Source: an uncultured delta proteobacterium
GTDB taxonomy: Bacteria > Myxococcota > Myxococcia > Myxococcales > Myxococcaceae
Assembly: GCA_963713045.1 (NCBI GenBank)
Contig: CAVQKE010000003.1
Span: 192,001 to 256,000, forward strand
Length of the DNA: 64,000 nt
Direction: 5' to 3'
A program made the translations under genes and the position numbers. Shown here one piece after another: positions 37,962 through 48,929 of the stretch. How positions within the stretch are numbered: the first letter of the stretch is position 1; each line of letters begins with the position of its first letter. The notes under the pieces are model-generated. The model was not told the origin of the DNA and ran no database searches. It saw only the letters and a list, made by a program, of their open reading frames with translations.

Positions 37962-38366
37962 ATGAACCGCCACTCCCTCCTGGCAATGGTTGACACCCTG
38001 GGGAAGGCCTTCGCCGAACGTGGGCTGCACCACCACGTGGAAGAACTCAGGGTGTACTGGCTCGCGCTTTCCCGAGGACTAGCGGCGCCAGGACACCGGC
38101 TCAACATTGGCTGGTCCGAGGCGCTCGTCGTCGAGTGGTTTCGCCTCTTGCGGCTTCCTCCTCATGCGGACGACTACGCTGTCCACCCACCATCCAGTCC
38201 TTGCCCGCGTTGTCCCCGGTCAGGTGGCCATGCGGTTGAAGTGAAGACCGCCCTCACTTTCCCTGAAGGCCGAAAAGCGGTCTGCACCGTCTGTGGGACA
38301 GCGTGGCTCGAGTTAGACGTGTTGCGCGGTCAATCGCTCCACGCCGCTCAGCACGCGCCTCCCTAG
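37962..38366 (+). CDS. Hypothetical protein with C-terminal Zn-finger
   Basis: CPRC...CTVC; start MNRHS. Confidence 0.55.
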   Translation: MNRHSLLAMVDTLGKAFAERGLHHHVEELRVYWLALSRGLAAPGHRLNIGWSEALVVEWFRLLRLPPHADDYAVHPPSSPCPRCPRSGGHAVEVKTALTFPEGRKAVCTVCGTAWLELDVLRGQSLHAAQHAPP

Positions 38367-38454
38367 TCTGAGGTGCCGTCGACGCCGGCGGTCCTCCAGG
38401 CCGCGGCAAAACACGGCCCGTTTCGCTGCCGCGCGTGGGAAGCGGAGCGGTCGG

Positions 38455-38483
38455 TTGACGGGGAAGCCGACTCCGTTTAGAGA
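38455..38483 (+). promoter_or_regulatory. Putative sigma70 promoter of tRNA-Glu
   Basis: TTGACG-17 bp-TAGAGA, 21 bp upstream of the tRNA. Confidence 0.45.
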
Positions 38484-38504
38484 CGCCCCGTCGTCAAACA
38501 GGAC

Positions 38505-38576
38505 GGCCCTGTCGTCTAGTGGTTAGGACGGAGCCCTCTCACGGCTCAAACTCGGGTTCGAATCCCGGCAGGGTCA
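38505..38576 (+). tRNA. tRNA-Glu(CTC)
   Basis: Acceptor GGCCCTG/CAGGGTC, anticodon arm GAGCC-CTCTCAC-GGCTC, T-loop GGTTCGAATCC; CCA not encoded. Confidence 0.95.
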
Positions 38577-38658
38577 CTCGCAGCACCCGGTTTTAGAGGA
38601 GAAACGGGGCTGGCTAAGTTTGAGGGGAGCCGAACGGGGATACGAAGAGGCCTCCGGG

Positions 38659-39613
38659 CTACAGCCCCACGAGATAGCGGGACTTCGCCGGCTTCTGCTT
38701 AAAGTAGTTCCCGTGCGTCGCTTCACCGTCTCCAGGGAGTCGGAGCCGATGAGGACGACTTCCAGGTTTTTCGCGTCCGCGTGCTCGCGCTCCGCTTGAG
38801 CGTAGGCGTTGAGGGCGGTAACAGCATCCTTGAATTCCTTGTGCTCCAGCGTCTCCGTCTCGTGGTCGAAGATGAGCAGATAGTGGTTGAGGCTCATGGC
38901 TCCCTCTGCTCTAACGAAGAACGGAGCTGCTAGCTCGCGTGCCTTGCGATGGGCTTCTCGGAGGCTGTCCGGCACGGTTTCCCCACGGTCCTCATACGCC
39001 ATCGCCTCGGAAGCTAGGCGAAAAAAGTCGAGGACGGGTAGCGGCCCAAAGCCGCTCTTCAAGTCCTCGCCGAGCTTGCCCCCTTGGCGCTCAACGGCCA
39101 CTGCCCAGTCATGCTGGAATTCTGTCCGAAGCTGAACCTCGACCCGTCTGTCATCGTACTTCACCACGACGTGAACACCGCGATAGCCGGACTCCTTCTC
39201 CTTAGCGATGTAGTCGTAGGTCTTGACGACGCGCTTTGTCTTCTGCCACCGGGCTTCCAGCGCTCGGATTTCGCCACCGACTCGACCACTGCCCGGCAGC
39301 CAGCGAGGTCATGCATTCTGTCGAGGTCCATTTTTGGGTAGCGCTTCAGCTTGTCGAAGATGGTGGTGCGCCGCTTGAGCCGCTGGGAGACAACTCCCCG
39401 GGACTTGACCGTCTTCCCCCGCAGCATGTTCCGTAACACGACTGTGGCCTTGGCGAGTGGCTCGCGGTGAGCGGCTCGGTAGGCGTTCAGGACGTCGATG
39501 GCCTCAACAAGGTCCTCGTCGGTCGTGAGCAGCATCTGCTCGGTTCCGATGACGTAGGCGCGGATGACCTCGCCGGCCTTCCGGACCTGCGTCAGGCTGA
39601 AGGGAGGCGCCAC
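38659..39613 (-). pseudogene. Frameshifted RelA/SpoT-domain toxSAS with CapRel-like antitoxin module
   Basis: QRLKR..DKL, MHDLAGCR; frameshift near 39275; then SGYRGVH, EVQLRT..QHDWA; C-terminal YLLIFD..EVVLIGSDS and, after a second shift near 38720, THGNYF. Confidence 0.8.
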
Positions 39614-40143
39614 CTAGGTACCCGTCGCCCGTCCTCGGAACGAGAAGATTCCCGCTCCCGAGGCCGGCTAGAGGATATAGCTGGAAGACAACTCGGTTTC
39701 AGGAGACAAATTCGACTCGGACTTCATCTCGGGGAGTCGCCCTGGGAGTCGAGCGTGAAGCGGTCTCCCGGCGAGGCTTCGTCCCCTTCTCTCTTCTACG
39801 TCAGAGGCAGTCGCTTTGGTATTGCTCGACTATGCCCGACTGGTTGAAGACGTTGCTCGTTGCTCTGGTGGCCTAGTTAACATCACCAACAACATCCTGA
39901 CGAGTCGGCGTGAGAGACCAGCCCGCTTCGTGGCGCAGATGGTCCCTTCGGTCGGACACGAAACCGATGCGGCGATTATCAGCGCCAAAGGAAAGACCCT
40001 GCTGAACCTGGAGGAGATGGGTCGGCTCACGAAGTTTGGACGGCGCAACAGGCGGCTTTCAGCAAGGGGGAAGGGCTGGACACACTGCCGGACGGCACTG
40101 CGCCTCGACCCTAAGACATCTCAGGCGAGTCCGAGGAGCGACC

Positions 40144-41131
40144 ATGGATGGCTCGGGGTTCAAGTACGGGATGCTCGGGCTCGACGAAACTGACAAGCCC
40201 GCGCAGAAGTTACGACGATTCGAAGGTGACACCTTCCAATGGTTCACGTCTGCCAAGGCCATCGCCTAGCACCGAGGAGTTCGAGCACTGGAAAGACACT
40301 ATCGGCACCCTCGAATGGGACGCCACGATTGCCAAGGAACAGCGTCTGCTTCTCCTTCGAATGCGAAGCGCTCGACCTTCAGTGCTTGACCTGGAGAACA
40401 AAGCGCTCGCCGAGCGCTTGGGGCGGGCGTGGCTCGGCTGGATAATTCCGCCGCCCAACCGTCCCTGGGCATATCGACCGTGGGTGGCAACGGGCGAGGC
40501 CATGGATGTTTCCCCCACAGAGCTTGCTGAAGTCAGTTCGGGACTTCGGTCGGTATCTAGAGGTCGTGCGGCCCTTCTATGCGCACCAGGATGCCTTTTG
40601 GGACCGGAAGAAGAGGACCGAATGGCCTTCCAGTCGAACCCACCTTTGAAAGGTGGGTGAGCCTGGACAACCTACTCACTCAGAAGCCGCCTCGAATTCT
40701 CAACGTCGCGATTCGCGTGCTTGTCGAAGCGCTCGCGCGGGAGCCCGCTCGAAGCACGAATACCGGAGCTAGTCCGGGCATCGGAATGCATCCTTGGGCT
40801 TCCAAGCGGTAAAGGTCGGGTCGAGTTCGCCGCGAGAGCCCTGAAACTCGTGCCGACCCTGCGAAGTGACTGGTTCGTCGGCAGGGGCGTTCAAAACCGA
40901 TTGCTCAAGCTCTACCAGCACCGGAGTGACTGTGTGCACGGGAAGATTCCCTTCGAGGAGTTGCACAGACGCGGTGCCGCGGGCACAGTGGAAGCAGCTC
41001 GCTTCGAATATCTCGCGGAGCTTCTCGCTCGCGAGTCCGTGGTCTTTGCGCTCGAGCGTCCTGGAATCTGGCATCACTTTGCGGGCCGTAACCTGCTTGA
41101 AGCCGCTTGGCAGTCGGGCGCGATTCCATGA
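40144..41131 (+). pseudogene. Frameshifted HEPN-domain (ApeA-like) protein
   Basis: GAGGAG RBS + MDGSG; four consecutive ORF pieces; LYQHRSDCVHG = RxxxxH motif at 40922-40939. Confidence 0.65.
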
Positions 41132-41204
41132 CGACACGCGAAGGCCGCATCAAGGGGGGAGACGCACGTGGATGATGACCTGAAGGAGGGAATCGAAGCG
41201 GCCC

Positions 41205-42340
41205 GTCCTGGCTACTTTGTTCATCCGAGCGTCGTTCACGGCTCACGCGGCGCGGCGATAGTCATGATGTAGCCCTTTGAGGACCGGAATCGCGATGATG
41301 TCGCCGGCACGCTCTGGCAATCGAGGGACAGGCTGCTTTTGGTCAATGCCCTGATGCGGCCGAGCTCCATTGTAGAAGCGCACGAATTCGGCGACCAGAC
41401 TTCGGAGGTGCGGTTCATTGAATATGAGCACGTGGTCGAGCAGCTCACGACGGAGGGTGCCGACGAACCGCTCAGCGAAAGCGTTCATGTTCGGCGCGCA
41501 GGGAGCCGACCGCACGACGGACGCTCCGGCGCCTTCGAACGCCCTAACGAAGCAGCGGCCAAACTTCGCGTCACGGTCGCAGACCAGCACCTCGGGTGCA
41601 CCCTCTAACGTCGCGTTCCTCGCTTGCTGTGCACACCAGTCGTCGGTGGGATTGTATGTCACGGCAGCGCGAATGACTTTTCGGCGACTTAGGTCGAGGA
41701 AGAAGAGAACAAACACTTGCCGAAAACGCGCGTCGTAGGTCTGCACGAAGTCGCAAACCCACGTGACGTGGTTGCCGATGAAGGTCGCCCAGCGCTGCCC
41801 GTCTCCGGGCGGCCGCCTCTTCATGTACCTTTGAATGGTTCGCTTCGTGACGTGGATTCCTAGCTTGAGGAGTTCGCCCCGAATTCGCTCCGCCCCCCAG
41901 CGGGGATTGTTCGAGTTCACTTCGCGGATGAGCGCCGCGAGGCCGGTCGGCTTCCGGCCTCCTGGACGGGAGCGCCATCGCCAGAAGAGGCGGAAACCTT
42001 CTCGGTGCCACCGCAGCACCGTTGCCGGCTGGACCAGCGTCACCGCTGTTCGCCAAGTCCCGGTCCACCTCGCAAGGACGGCGATGGTCCACTGCTGCGC
42101 GGGCGACCAACGCACGCGCTTGCCCCTGAGCCGACACTTCGCCACCACCAACTGTTGCCGGAGGAGTTCGTTCTCTGCGACGAGCGAGGCGCGCGAGCGG
42201 AGCAGTCCCACCACGAATCGCCACAGGACACCAAGCATCATTGCGGTAAGCTACCAGTCTGAACTCTGAAGCTCGAAGGTCTGCGCGCCCAAGCCTGGCG
42301 ACGCCGGGAAGCACGCGCGGCTGGAGAAAGTAGCCAGCAC
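41205..42340 (-). mobile_element. Insertion sequence copy 1 (rve-type DDE, IS481/IS3-like)
   Basis: Terminal IRs GT(C/G)CTGGCTACTTT..AAAGTAGCCAGCAC; homologous to 62399-63520. Confidence 0.88.
41243..42241 (-). CDS. Transposase, integrase core domain
   Basis: [52 protein letters not shown]. Confidence 0.9.
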   Translation of the reverse strand: MMLGVLWRFVVGLLRSRASLVAENELLRQQLVVAKCRLRGKRVRWSPAQQWTIAVLARWTGTWRTAVTLVQPATVLRWHREGFRLFWRWRSRPGGRKPTGLAALIREVNSNNPRWGAERIRGELLKLGIHVTKRTIQRYMKRRPPGDGQRWATFIGNHVTWVCDFVQTYDARFRQVFVLFFLDLSRRKVIRAAVTYNPTDDWCAQQARNATLEGAPEVLVCDRDAKFGRCFVRAFEGAGASVVRSAPCAPNMNAFAERFVGTLRRELLDHVLIFNEPHLRSLVAEFVRFYNGARPHQGIDQKQPVPRLPERAGDIIAIPVLKGLHHDYRRAA

Positions 42341-42342
42341 GC

Positions 42343-42564
42343 CTAGTCCGGGCGCGTCGACTGAGTCGGGCAACGATGCGCAACATCCGCGAAAATCTCT
42401 TCTTCGCCTTCGCGTACAACCTTTTGGGTGTCCCAATCGCGGCTGGCGTCCTTCACCCCGCCTTCGGTTTGCTTCTCAGCCCGATGTTCGCGAGCGCAGC
42501 AATGTCGCTTAGCTCGGTGTCTGTCATCGCCAATGCGCTTCGGCTACGGAACGTCAAGCTGTAA
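42343..42564 (+). pseudogene. copA: 3' remnant of a Cu+-transporting P1B ATPase, cut by the IS
   Basis: [48 protein letters not shown] begins right at the IS end. Confidence 0.88.
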
Positions 42565-45500
42565 AGGGGCGCGCTGTAAGGCCGCGACGCTTCCACGCCA
42601 AGTAGAGCGCCGGGTACACGGCCAATTCTAGCAGGGCAGAAGTAATGACACCGCCCACCATTGGGGCGGCGATGCGCTTCATCACGTCCGCCCCGGTACC
42701 CGTCGACCAGAGAATGGGAACTAATCCAGCGAGGATGGTTACGACCGTCATTGCTTTCGGACGGATGCGCTTGACCGCGCCCTGGAACACGGCTTGCCGA
42801 GCCTCCTCCTGCGTTGCGGGCTGGCGCTCCTTCCACGCAATGTCCAGGTAAAGCAGCATCACGATTCCTGTCTCGGCATCCAGGCCCGCGAGTGCGATGA
42901 GCCCCACCCAGACCGCAACCGACAAGTTGTAGCCCAGCAGCCAAAGAAGCCAGAACGCACCGACGAGGCTAAAGGGCACCGCTAGCATGACCAGCAGTGC
43001 CTCGGCTGCGCTGCCTGCGTTCAAGTACAGAAGAAGAAAAATGAGCACGAGCGTGACGGGCACTACGACGGCGAGTCGCTCCTTAGCTCGCTCGAGGTAG
43101 CGGTACTGCCCCACCCATTCCAGACGGTATCCGAGCGGGAGCGACACCTGGGCGGCCACCGCTGCCTGCGCATCTTTGACGTAGTCGGCAATGGGACGGG
43201 CCGTATCCACGAAGACGTACTCGGCGAGGGAGCCTCCTTCGTCGCGAATCATCGACGGCCCCGTCCGCCATCGCAGCTTCCCCAACTCTCCCAAGGCAAC
43301 TTGCGCGCCTCCGGGAGTCGTCACTCGGACCCGTCGCATCGCATTGGGGTCACTCCGGAAGTCACGAGCGTACCGGAGCGTGACCGGGTATCGCTCGCGG
43401 CCCTCGACTGTGGTGGTTACCGTCCGCCCACCAATCGCCATCTCCAGCGAATCCTCTACTTCAAGCACGTTGAGGCCGTAGCGTGCTGCTTGATTACGGT
43501 CGACGTCGAAGTCGAGGAAATACCCGCCGGTGGCCCGCTCGGAGAAAGCGCTTCGCGTTCCTGGAACGCTCTGCATCGCGGCCTCGATGTCCCGTCCAAC
43601 ACGGTCGATGACCTCAAGGTCGGCTCCGAGCACCTGAATTCCCAATGGGCTGCGAATGCCCGTGGCAAGCATCTCAGTGCGCGTCTGGATGGGCATCCAC
43701 CAGACATTGGGCATCCCGGGAAACTGCAGCTTGCTGTCGAGTTCCTTGACGAGGTCATCCCAACTCTTGCCGGACGGCCACTCGTCGGGCGGGCGGAGCG
43801 TGATGACCGTCTCGAACATAGACAGGGGCGCCGGGTCGGTAGCAGTCTCGAAGCGCCCGGCCTTTCCGAAGACATGCTCGACCTCCGGGAAGGACTTGAT
43901 GACGCGGTCCATCCGCTGCAGCACGTCACGCGCCGCAGCGTCGCTCATCCCCGGCACGGAGACGGGCATGTAGAGAAGAGTGCCCTCGTTCAGAGGGGGC
44001 ATGAACTCGCTACCGAGCGAGAGAACGACGGGCACGGTGACCGCGATGAGGAGAGTCGCAACAGCGATGACTGTCTTGGGAAACCGGAGCGCGAAGTGGC
44101 AGACAGGCGCGTATGCCTGCGCGAGCCATCGCGTCAGGGGGTTTTGCGACTCGGCGCGGATTCTCCCTCGGATGAAGGTCGCGGCGATGGCTGGCACGAG
44201 AGTTACCGAGAGCAGTGCGGCAAAGGCCATCGCGAACGTCTTGGTAAACGCCAGCGGTGCGAACAGCCGTCCCTCTGTCCCCTCCAACGTAAACACGGGG
44301 AGAAAGCCGACCGTGATGACCAGGAGTGAGAAGAAAATGGGCCGACCCACTTCTTGCAACGCCCGGGTAACCACGTCGGTCCTACGGCCTGGACGCCCTG
44401 CTAACTCCCAGGCTTCGAGCCGCTTGTGCACGTTCTCCACGACAATGATGGCGGCGTCCACCATCGCTCCGATGGCGATGGCGATGCCTCCTAAGGACAT
44501 GATGTTGGCGGTGAGGCCCATCCAGCGCATCGGGATGAACGACAGCAGGATGGCGGCGGGCAGCAACAGCATCGGTACCAGCGTGCTTCGCGCGTCCAGG
44601 AGGAAGAGGAAGATGACCAGCGCGACTGCAAGCAACTCCTCGATGAGGGTTCGCCTCAGCGTGCCAATGCTGCGACGGATGAGCGGCGAACGGTCGTAGG
44701 TGGTCACGACTTCCACGCCCGGCGGAAGGCTCGCACGAAGGCTTTGAAGCCTGGCCTTGACGCCCTCGATGACTTCCAGCGTGTTGACTCCTGGACGGAC
44801 GATGACCGCGCCTCCCACCGCCTCGCCATCGCCATCGAGGTCAGCAAGGCCTCGGCGCTCTGCGGGCCCCAACCGAACCCGACCGACGTCTGCCACGGTG
44901 ATGGGGGTTCCCTCAAATGCCGCTAGGACGACACCTTCCAGGTCCTCGCGCTTCCTTACGTAGCCGCGGCCGCGAACGTACTGCTCGGTGCCGCCAACTT
45001 CGAGGACGCGACCACCGACGTCGGCATTGGATGCGCGCAAGGCTTCCGCCACCTGTGCGAGCGAAACGCCGAACGCGGCGAGACGGTCGGGGTCCAACGC
45101 CACCTGGTACTCCTTGACGAAGCCGCCGACTGAGGCCACCTCGGCGACCCCAGGAATGCCCTGCAGGGCGTAACGCACGGTCCAGTCCTGAAGCGACTGG
45201 AGCTGGACGAGGTCAGTCTTTCCCGTGCGGTCGACCAAGGCATACTCGAAAACCCACCCGATTCCAGTGGCGTCCGGGCCGAGCGTCGGACTCACCCCAG
45301 CAGGAAGCTGTGACCCAAGTGTGGCCAACTTCTCCAGCACTCGGCTACGCGCCCAATACAGGTCGGTATGGTCTTCAAAGATGACGGTGACGAAGGAAGT
45401 CCCGAACATCGTCTGTCCACGCACCGCCGAAACACGGGGCGCCCCGAGCAACGAACGAATGACGGGGTAGGTAATGTTGTCTTCAACGAGGTCCGGTGAC

Positions 45501-45667
45501 CGGCCAGGCCACTCTGTGTAGACGATGACCTGAACGTCCGAAAGGTCAGGTAGGGCATCCAGTGCAGTGCTGCGCAGCGCCAGCCCTCCTCCGGCTGTCG
45601 CCAGGCCCACCATCACGAGAGTCGCAAGTTGGTTATTGGCGCACCAGGCGATGACCCGGGGAATCAT
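42554..45667 (-). CDS. cusA: CusA/SilA-type Cu/Ag RND efflux pump
   Basis: [48 protein letters not shown]. Confidence 0.93.
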   Translation of the reverse strand: MIPRVIAWCANNQLATLVMVGLATAGGGLALRSTALDALPDLSDVQVIVYTEWPGRSPDLVEDNITYPVIRSLLGAPRVSAVRGQTMFGTSFVTVIFEDHTDLYWARSRVLEKLATLGSQLPAGVSPTLGPDATGIGWVFEYALVDRTGKTDLVQLQSLQDWTVRYALQGIPGVAEVASVGGFVKEYQVALDPDRLAAFGVSLAQVAEALRASNADVGGRVLEVGGTEQYVRGRGYVRKREDLEGVVLAAFEGTPITVADVGRVRLGPAERRGLADLDGDGEAVGGAVIVRPGVNTLEVIEGVKARLQSLRASLPPGVEVVTTYDRSPLIRRSIGTLRRTLIEELLAVALVIFLFLLDARSTLVPMLLLPAAILLSFIPMRWMGLTANIMSLGGIAIAIGAMVDAAIIVVENVHKRLEAWELAGRPGRRTDVVTRALQEVGRPIFFSLLVITVGFLPVFTLEGTEGRLFAPLAFTKTFAMAFAALLSVTLVPAIAATFIRGRIRAESQNPLTRWLAQAYAPVCHFALRFPKTVIAVATLLIAVTVPVVLSLGSEFMPPLNEGTLLYMPVSVPGMSDAAARDVLQRMDRVIKSFPEVEHVFGKAGRFETATDPAPLSMFETVITLRPPDEWPSGKSWDDLVKELDSKLQFPGMPNVWWMPIQTRTEMLATGIRSPLGIQVLGADLEVIDRVGRDIEAAMQSVPGTRSAFSERATGGYFLDFDVDRNQAARYGLNVLEVEDSLEMAIGGRTVTTTVEGRERYPVTLRYARDFRSDPNAMRRVRVTTPGGAQVALGELGKLRWRTGPSMIRDEGGSLAEYVFVDTARPIADYVKDAQAAVAAQVSLPLGYRLEWVGQYRYLERAKERLAVVVPVTLVLIFLLLYLNAGSAAEALLVMLAVPFSLVGAFWLLWLLGYNLSVAVWVGLIALAGLDAETGIVMLLYLDIAWKERQPATQEEARQAVFQGAVKRIRPKAMTVVTILAGLVPILWSTGTGADVMKRIAAPMVGGVITSALLELAVYPALYLAWKRRGLTARPFTA

Positions 45668-47130
45668 TGTGCGCTCCAGCGCGGCAGAGCGTTGCGGAGC
45701 TGAGCTTCACTCGAAAGGAGAAAGGTGGCTGCAGTCGCCACTTCATCTCCGGCCGCTACTCCAGAGCGCACTTCGGTTAATTCGCCGTTGCTGACGCCAG
45801 GCTCGACTTCGACAGGTTGGAGGCGCCCCTTGCCGCGCCGTACGAAGACGTACGCATGCTCCCCTGATCGGAGCAGCGCTGAATCGGGCACCGACAGTCG
45901 CTCGCCCAAGGGCACTTGGACGATGACGTCTGTGTACATACCCGGGCGCAACGTAGCCTGCGAGTTCTCGAACTCCAGGCGAAGACGAAGGGACCGTGTC
46001 CGCTCGTCGATCGTGGGATAGATGAAGCTCACGCGACCCGTCCAGGTAGCGCCAGGCAGGCCAGCTACAGTCATCGTGGCCTGGAGTCCAGTGGCGACCA
46101 CAGAGGCATCACTCTGGAAGGCGTCTGCCAGCACCCAAACGCGGCCCAGGTTGCCAATTCGGTACAGCGCCGTGCCGGTCTCAGCGCGGGTCCCCTCAAC
46201 GACGTTCTTGATGAGAACGACGCCATTGACCGGGGAGCGCACCGTGACCCGTGGCTCGGCGACGCCACGGTCGGTGAGGCTCTGGAGCTGCTCCGCGTTG
46301 AGCCCCCAAAGTTTGAGCCGCTCCGCCGCGGCAGCAACCAAGGGGGCATTCCCTGCGTGGCTGGCAACAAGAAAGTCCTGCTCGGCACCGAAGAGGTCAG
46401 GACTGTAGAGCGTTAGTAGAGGTTCGCCTTGGTGGACACGTTGGCCCGTTCGACTTACTTGCAGCTTTTCGACGAAGGCTGCGTAGCGCAGGGTAACGTC
46501 AGCGACTTGCGTCTCGTCCACCTCCACCTTCCCCGGCAGCCGCACATCCAGAGTCATTGCGCGCTGCTCGACACGGCCGAAAGTCACACCGATGAGCTGC
46601 TGGCGTGCTGGAGAGACCTCAATCACCTTGCCAACGCCGCCATCAGACGCTCGCGTCGTCGCGTCGGCTTCAGGGTCAGAGCGCGTCTCGAACCCAAGCC
46701 CTTTCCTCGGTGGGGACACCTTGAGGCGTAGCTCGGCGGCTTGATGTCCCGGCGCCGAGATGTGAAGGGCGATTGTCCAGTCACCTACTACCGGCAACGA
46801 AAAACTGACTTCGTAGACACCACGGCCCCGAGCGTGAACCTGGCCCCCGCTCCGCATCTCGGTCATCGCTCCCATCGCGGGCATCGAGATGACGGAGTCC
46901 ACGGTGGCTCCATCCACGGGCTGGCCCTGAGCATTTTTCAGCTCGACGATGAGCCGGTTGTCGCCCGTCCTGGGAGGGTCTGGAACCAGGCGGGCAGAAA
47001 CGAAAAAGTCACCGACTTGGACCGGCTCAATCGAAGTCTGTTTCTGGCACCCGGCCAGCCAGTAGCCGATGACCAACAGGGCCCCTGCCGCAGCCATCGC
47101 CCTCGACGCTCGTCTCTTAGTTGTGCTCAC
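45664..47130 (-). CDS. cusB: CusB-like adaptor with N-terminal YtkA-like Met-rich domain
   Basis: SMPAMGAMTEM domain, LYSPDL, FIYPT, LRPGMY, FLLSSEA; GTG start tentative. Confidence 0.85.
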   Translation of the reverse strand: MSTTKRRASRAMAAAGALLVIGYWLAGCQKQTSIEPVQVGDFFVSARLVPDPPRTGDNRLIVELKNAQGQPVDGATVDSVISMPAMGAMTEMRSGGQVHARGRGVYEVSFSLPVVGDWTIALHISAPGHQAAELRLKVSPPRKGLGFETRSDPEADATTRASDGGVGKVIEVSPARQQLIGVTFGRVEQRAMTLDVRLPGKVEVDETQVADVTLRYAAFVEKLQVSRTGQRVHQGEPLLTLYSPDLFGAEQDFLVASHAGNAPLVAAAAERLKLWGLNAEQLQSLTDRGVAEPRVTVRSPVNGVVLIKNVVEGTRAETGTALYRIGNLGRVWVLADAFQSDASVVATGLQATMTVAGLPGATWTGRVSFIYPTIDERTRSLRLRLEFENSQATLRPGMYTDVIVQVPLGERLSVPDSALLRSGEHAYVFVRRGKGRLQPVEVEPGVSNGELTEVRSGVAAGDEVATAATFLLSSEAQLRNALPRWSAQ

Positions 47131-48361
47131 TGTCCACTCCCCCTTCCGCTGCAATGAGAAGGCCCACGTCCTCCCCAACGGCGCGTTGCAGTTCGGCGAG
47201 AGCTTTTGCGTAGGCGGCGAGGTGCATCACCAATTCCACCTCGTGTCGGCGCAACTCACGCAAGGAGTCCAAGACTGAAAGAAAGTCTCCGCGCCCTGAG
47301 GCGTAATCTACCTGACCGCTCTCCAGGGCCGCGCTCATGAGCGGGATGATGCGGTGGTGCAAAGAGACAATGCGCTCCTCGGCTGTCACCTTGGCAAAAG
47401 CCTCGGTGACTTGGGCCGCGACGCGAGCACGAAGAGCCTCTTGCTCCGAAGAGACCGCTTCCCCGACTGCACGTGCGGCCCCGATGCGCCCGTCGTTCTT
47501 GCTTCCCCAAACAGGGAGGGTGAACTCAAGGCCCGCAAAAATGAAATTGCTCGGACTGACGCCGCCGAACGTGTGCATGTACGCACCCAGGACGTTGAGG
47601 TCCGGAACGCGCTCTGCCTCCGCCATGCGAATTTCGGCGCCCGCCACTTGCGACTTTGCGGACAGCTCCCTCAACTCGGGCCGCGCATCCAAGGCGCGAC
47701 TCCGCAGTGCTGTCTCGGACGGCAATTCCGCTAGAACATGCGGAGTGGTGGTCGTACCTGAAACCTGCTCCGGGAGCTGGAGCAGTGCCTGCAACCTGGC
47801 CCGGGCCGACTTGGCGTCCTGGGAGGCTGTGACGACGTTTTCCTCAAATTCGAGAACGGCGGCTTGCGCCTTCAGCACGTCGGCCTGCCGCCCCGCACCT
47901 GTGCGCACCCGCGCCGCACTCGCTTGCGAGAGCAGCTCCAGCGTCTTCTCAAGCCGCGCGTTCACACTTTCTGTGCGCTCGGCCTGGTAGAGGTCGAAGT
48001 AAGCAACTGCGAGCTGTAGTTCCACGTCTTGGATGCGCACCGTCGCCTCGGCACTGGCCGCCCGGGCGTCCGCTTCGGCCGCGCTGTGCTTGAAATCGAG
48101 TCGGCCGCCCAGAGGAAACGACTGCGAAACTTGGAACATCACAGGCGCGTTAGAGAAGTCGACCGGCGCGTTCCACAACTGCACCATGAAGCGCGGGTCG
48201 TCGAGCGCCCCGGCTGCGCGTGCCGACTCGCCAGCGGCGGTCGCGCGAGCCGTAGCGGCACGCAACTCAGCGCTCTTGGAACGCGCCTCTGCGAGCAGGT
48301 CGCCAAGACGCAGAGGAGGTGGAGTGACGGTGAAGACGGCAATGGTGAGAAGCGACAGCAT
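47117..48361 (-). CDS. TolC-family outer membrane efflux protein (CusC-like)
   Basis: LDDP..QSFPLGG, LPVW, Y..G..DFL..LD; first gene of the efflux operon. Confidence 0.85.
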   Translation of the reverse strand: MLSLLTIAVFTVTPPPLRLGDLLAEARSKSAELRAATARATAAGESARAAGALDDPRFMVQLWNAPVDFSNAPVMFQVSQSFPLGGRLDFKHSAAEADARAASAEATVRIQDVELQLAVAYFDLYQAERTESVNARLEKTLELLSQASAARVRTGAGRQADVLKAQAAVLEFEENVVTASQDAKSARARLQALLQLPEQVSGTTTTPHVLAELPSETALRSRALDARPELRELSAKSQVAGAEIRMAEAERVPDLNVLGAYMHTFGGVSPSNFIFAGLEFTLPVWGSKNDGRIGAARAVGEAVSSEQEALRARVAAQVTEAFAKVTAEERIVSLHHRIIPLMSAALESGQVDYASGRGDFLSVLDSLRELRRHEVELVMHLAAYAKALAELQRAVGEDVGLLIAAEGGVDSEHN

Positions 48362-48542
48362 CGAGGAACTCCTGCCCGTCAAGCGTTACTCGGCGGGCTA
48401 CGAGACGTGGATAGAGGCAGCCAAGGAGTTCGACGCGGAGAGACAGCGCTCCTGGCGAACTGCCCGGACGCCATGACGTCACTCGCGACGAATTAGGCCA
48501 GCATCGGGCGCCCGCGCCGAAGGCGGGCTCCCGAACCCAGGC

Positions 48543-48929
48543 TCAGATGAGTAGCTGTCGCAAGGAAAGAAAGACTGGGATTCGCCTTGGTGGTCCCGAA
48601 GCGCTCCCCAAATCCGTCGTGGGCTCCGCTAGCACCTGGTCAAAAGGCGGCGCAGGCAGCTCGACATCCATCGCGGGGGCGTTGCGCTCGGGGCCATCGG
48701 CAACTAAGCGGCTGGGAAGGCGGTCGGAACTCGCTGGAACCGCACCTTCGACCACGTCACAGCAGCCTGTCGCGTTGAGCAGAGGACCAGCCGGGTGCTC
48801 GTCAGAGTCAGGGCAGCAGCAAACCGTTAGTCGCTGGCCAAGCATCCGACAGAAGAAGACACCTCCGCTCGCACCTGCCGCCTCGAGCGTCAGGGTTATC
48901 ACCAGGAGCGTAGGGAGCAGCCTCTTCAT
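48543..48929 (-). CDS. Cys-rich small protein, HYC_CC_PP/DUF2946-like
   Basis: Signal-like N-terminus, FFCRM, CCC, CCD, GPP..VFLSLRQLLI; upstream of the cus operon. Confidence 0.65.
   Translation of the reverse strand: MKRLLPTLLVITLTLEAAGASGGVFFCRMLGQRLTVCCCPDSDEHPAGPLLNATGCCDVVEGAVPASSDRLPSRLVADGPERNAPAMDVELPAPPFDQVLAEPTTDLGSASGPPRRIPVFLSLRQLLI

Noticed and set aside
39816..40193. 125-aa ORF between the defence genes
   Set aside because: No motif or RBS and overlaps the HEPN start; at most a remnant.
38659..41131. Programmed ribosomal frameshifting to explain the broken defence genes
   Set aside because: Several shifts with no slippery heptamers; decay or sequencing error is simpler.
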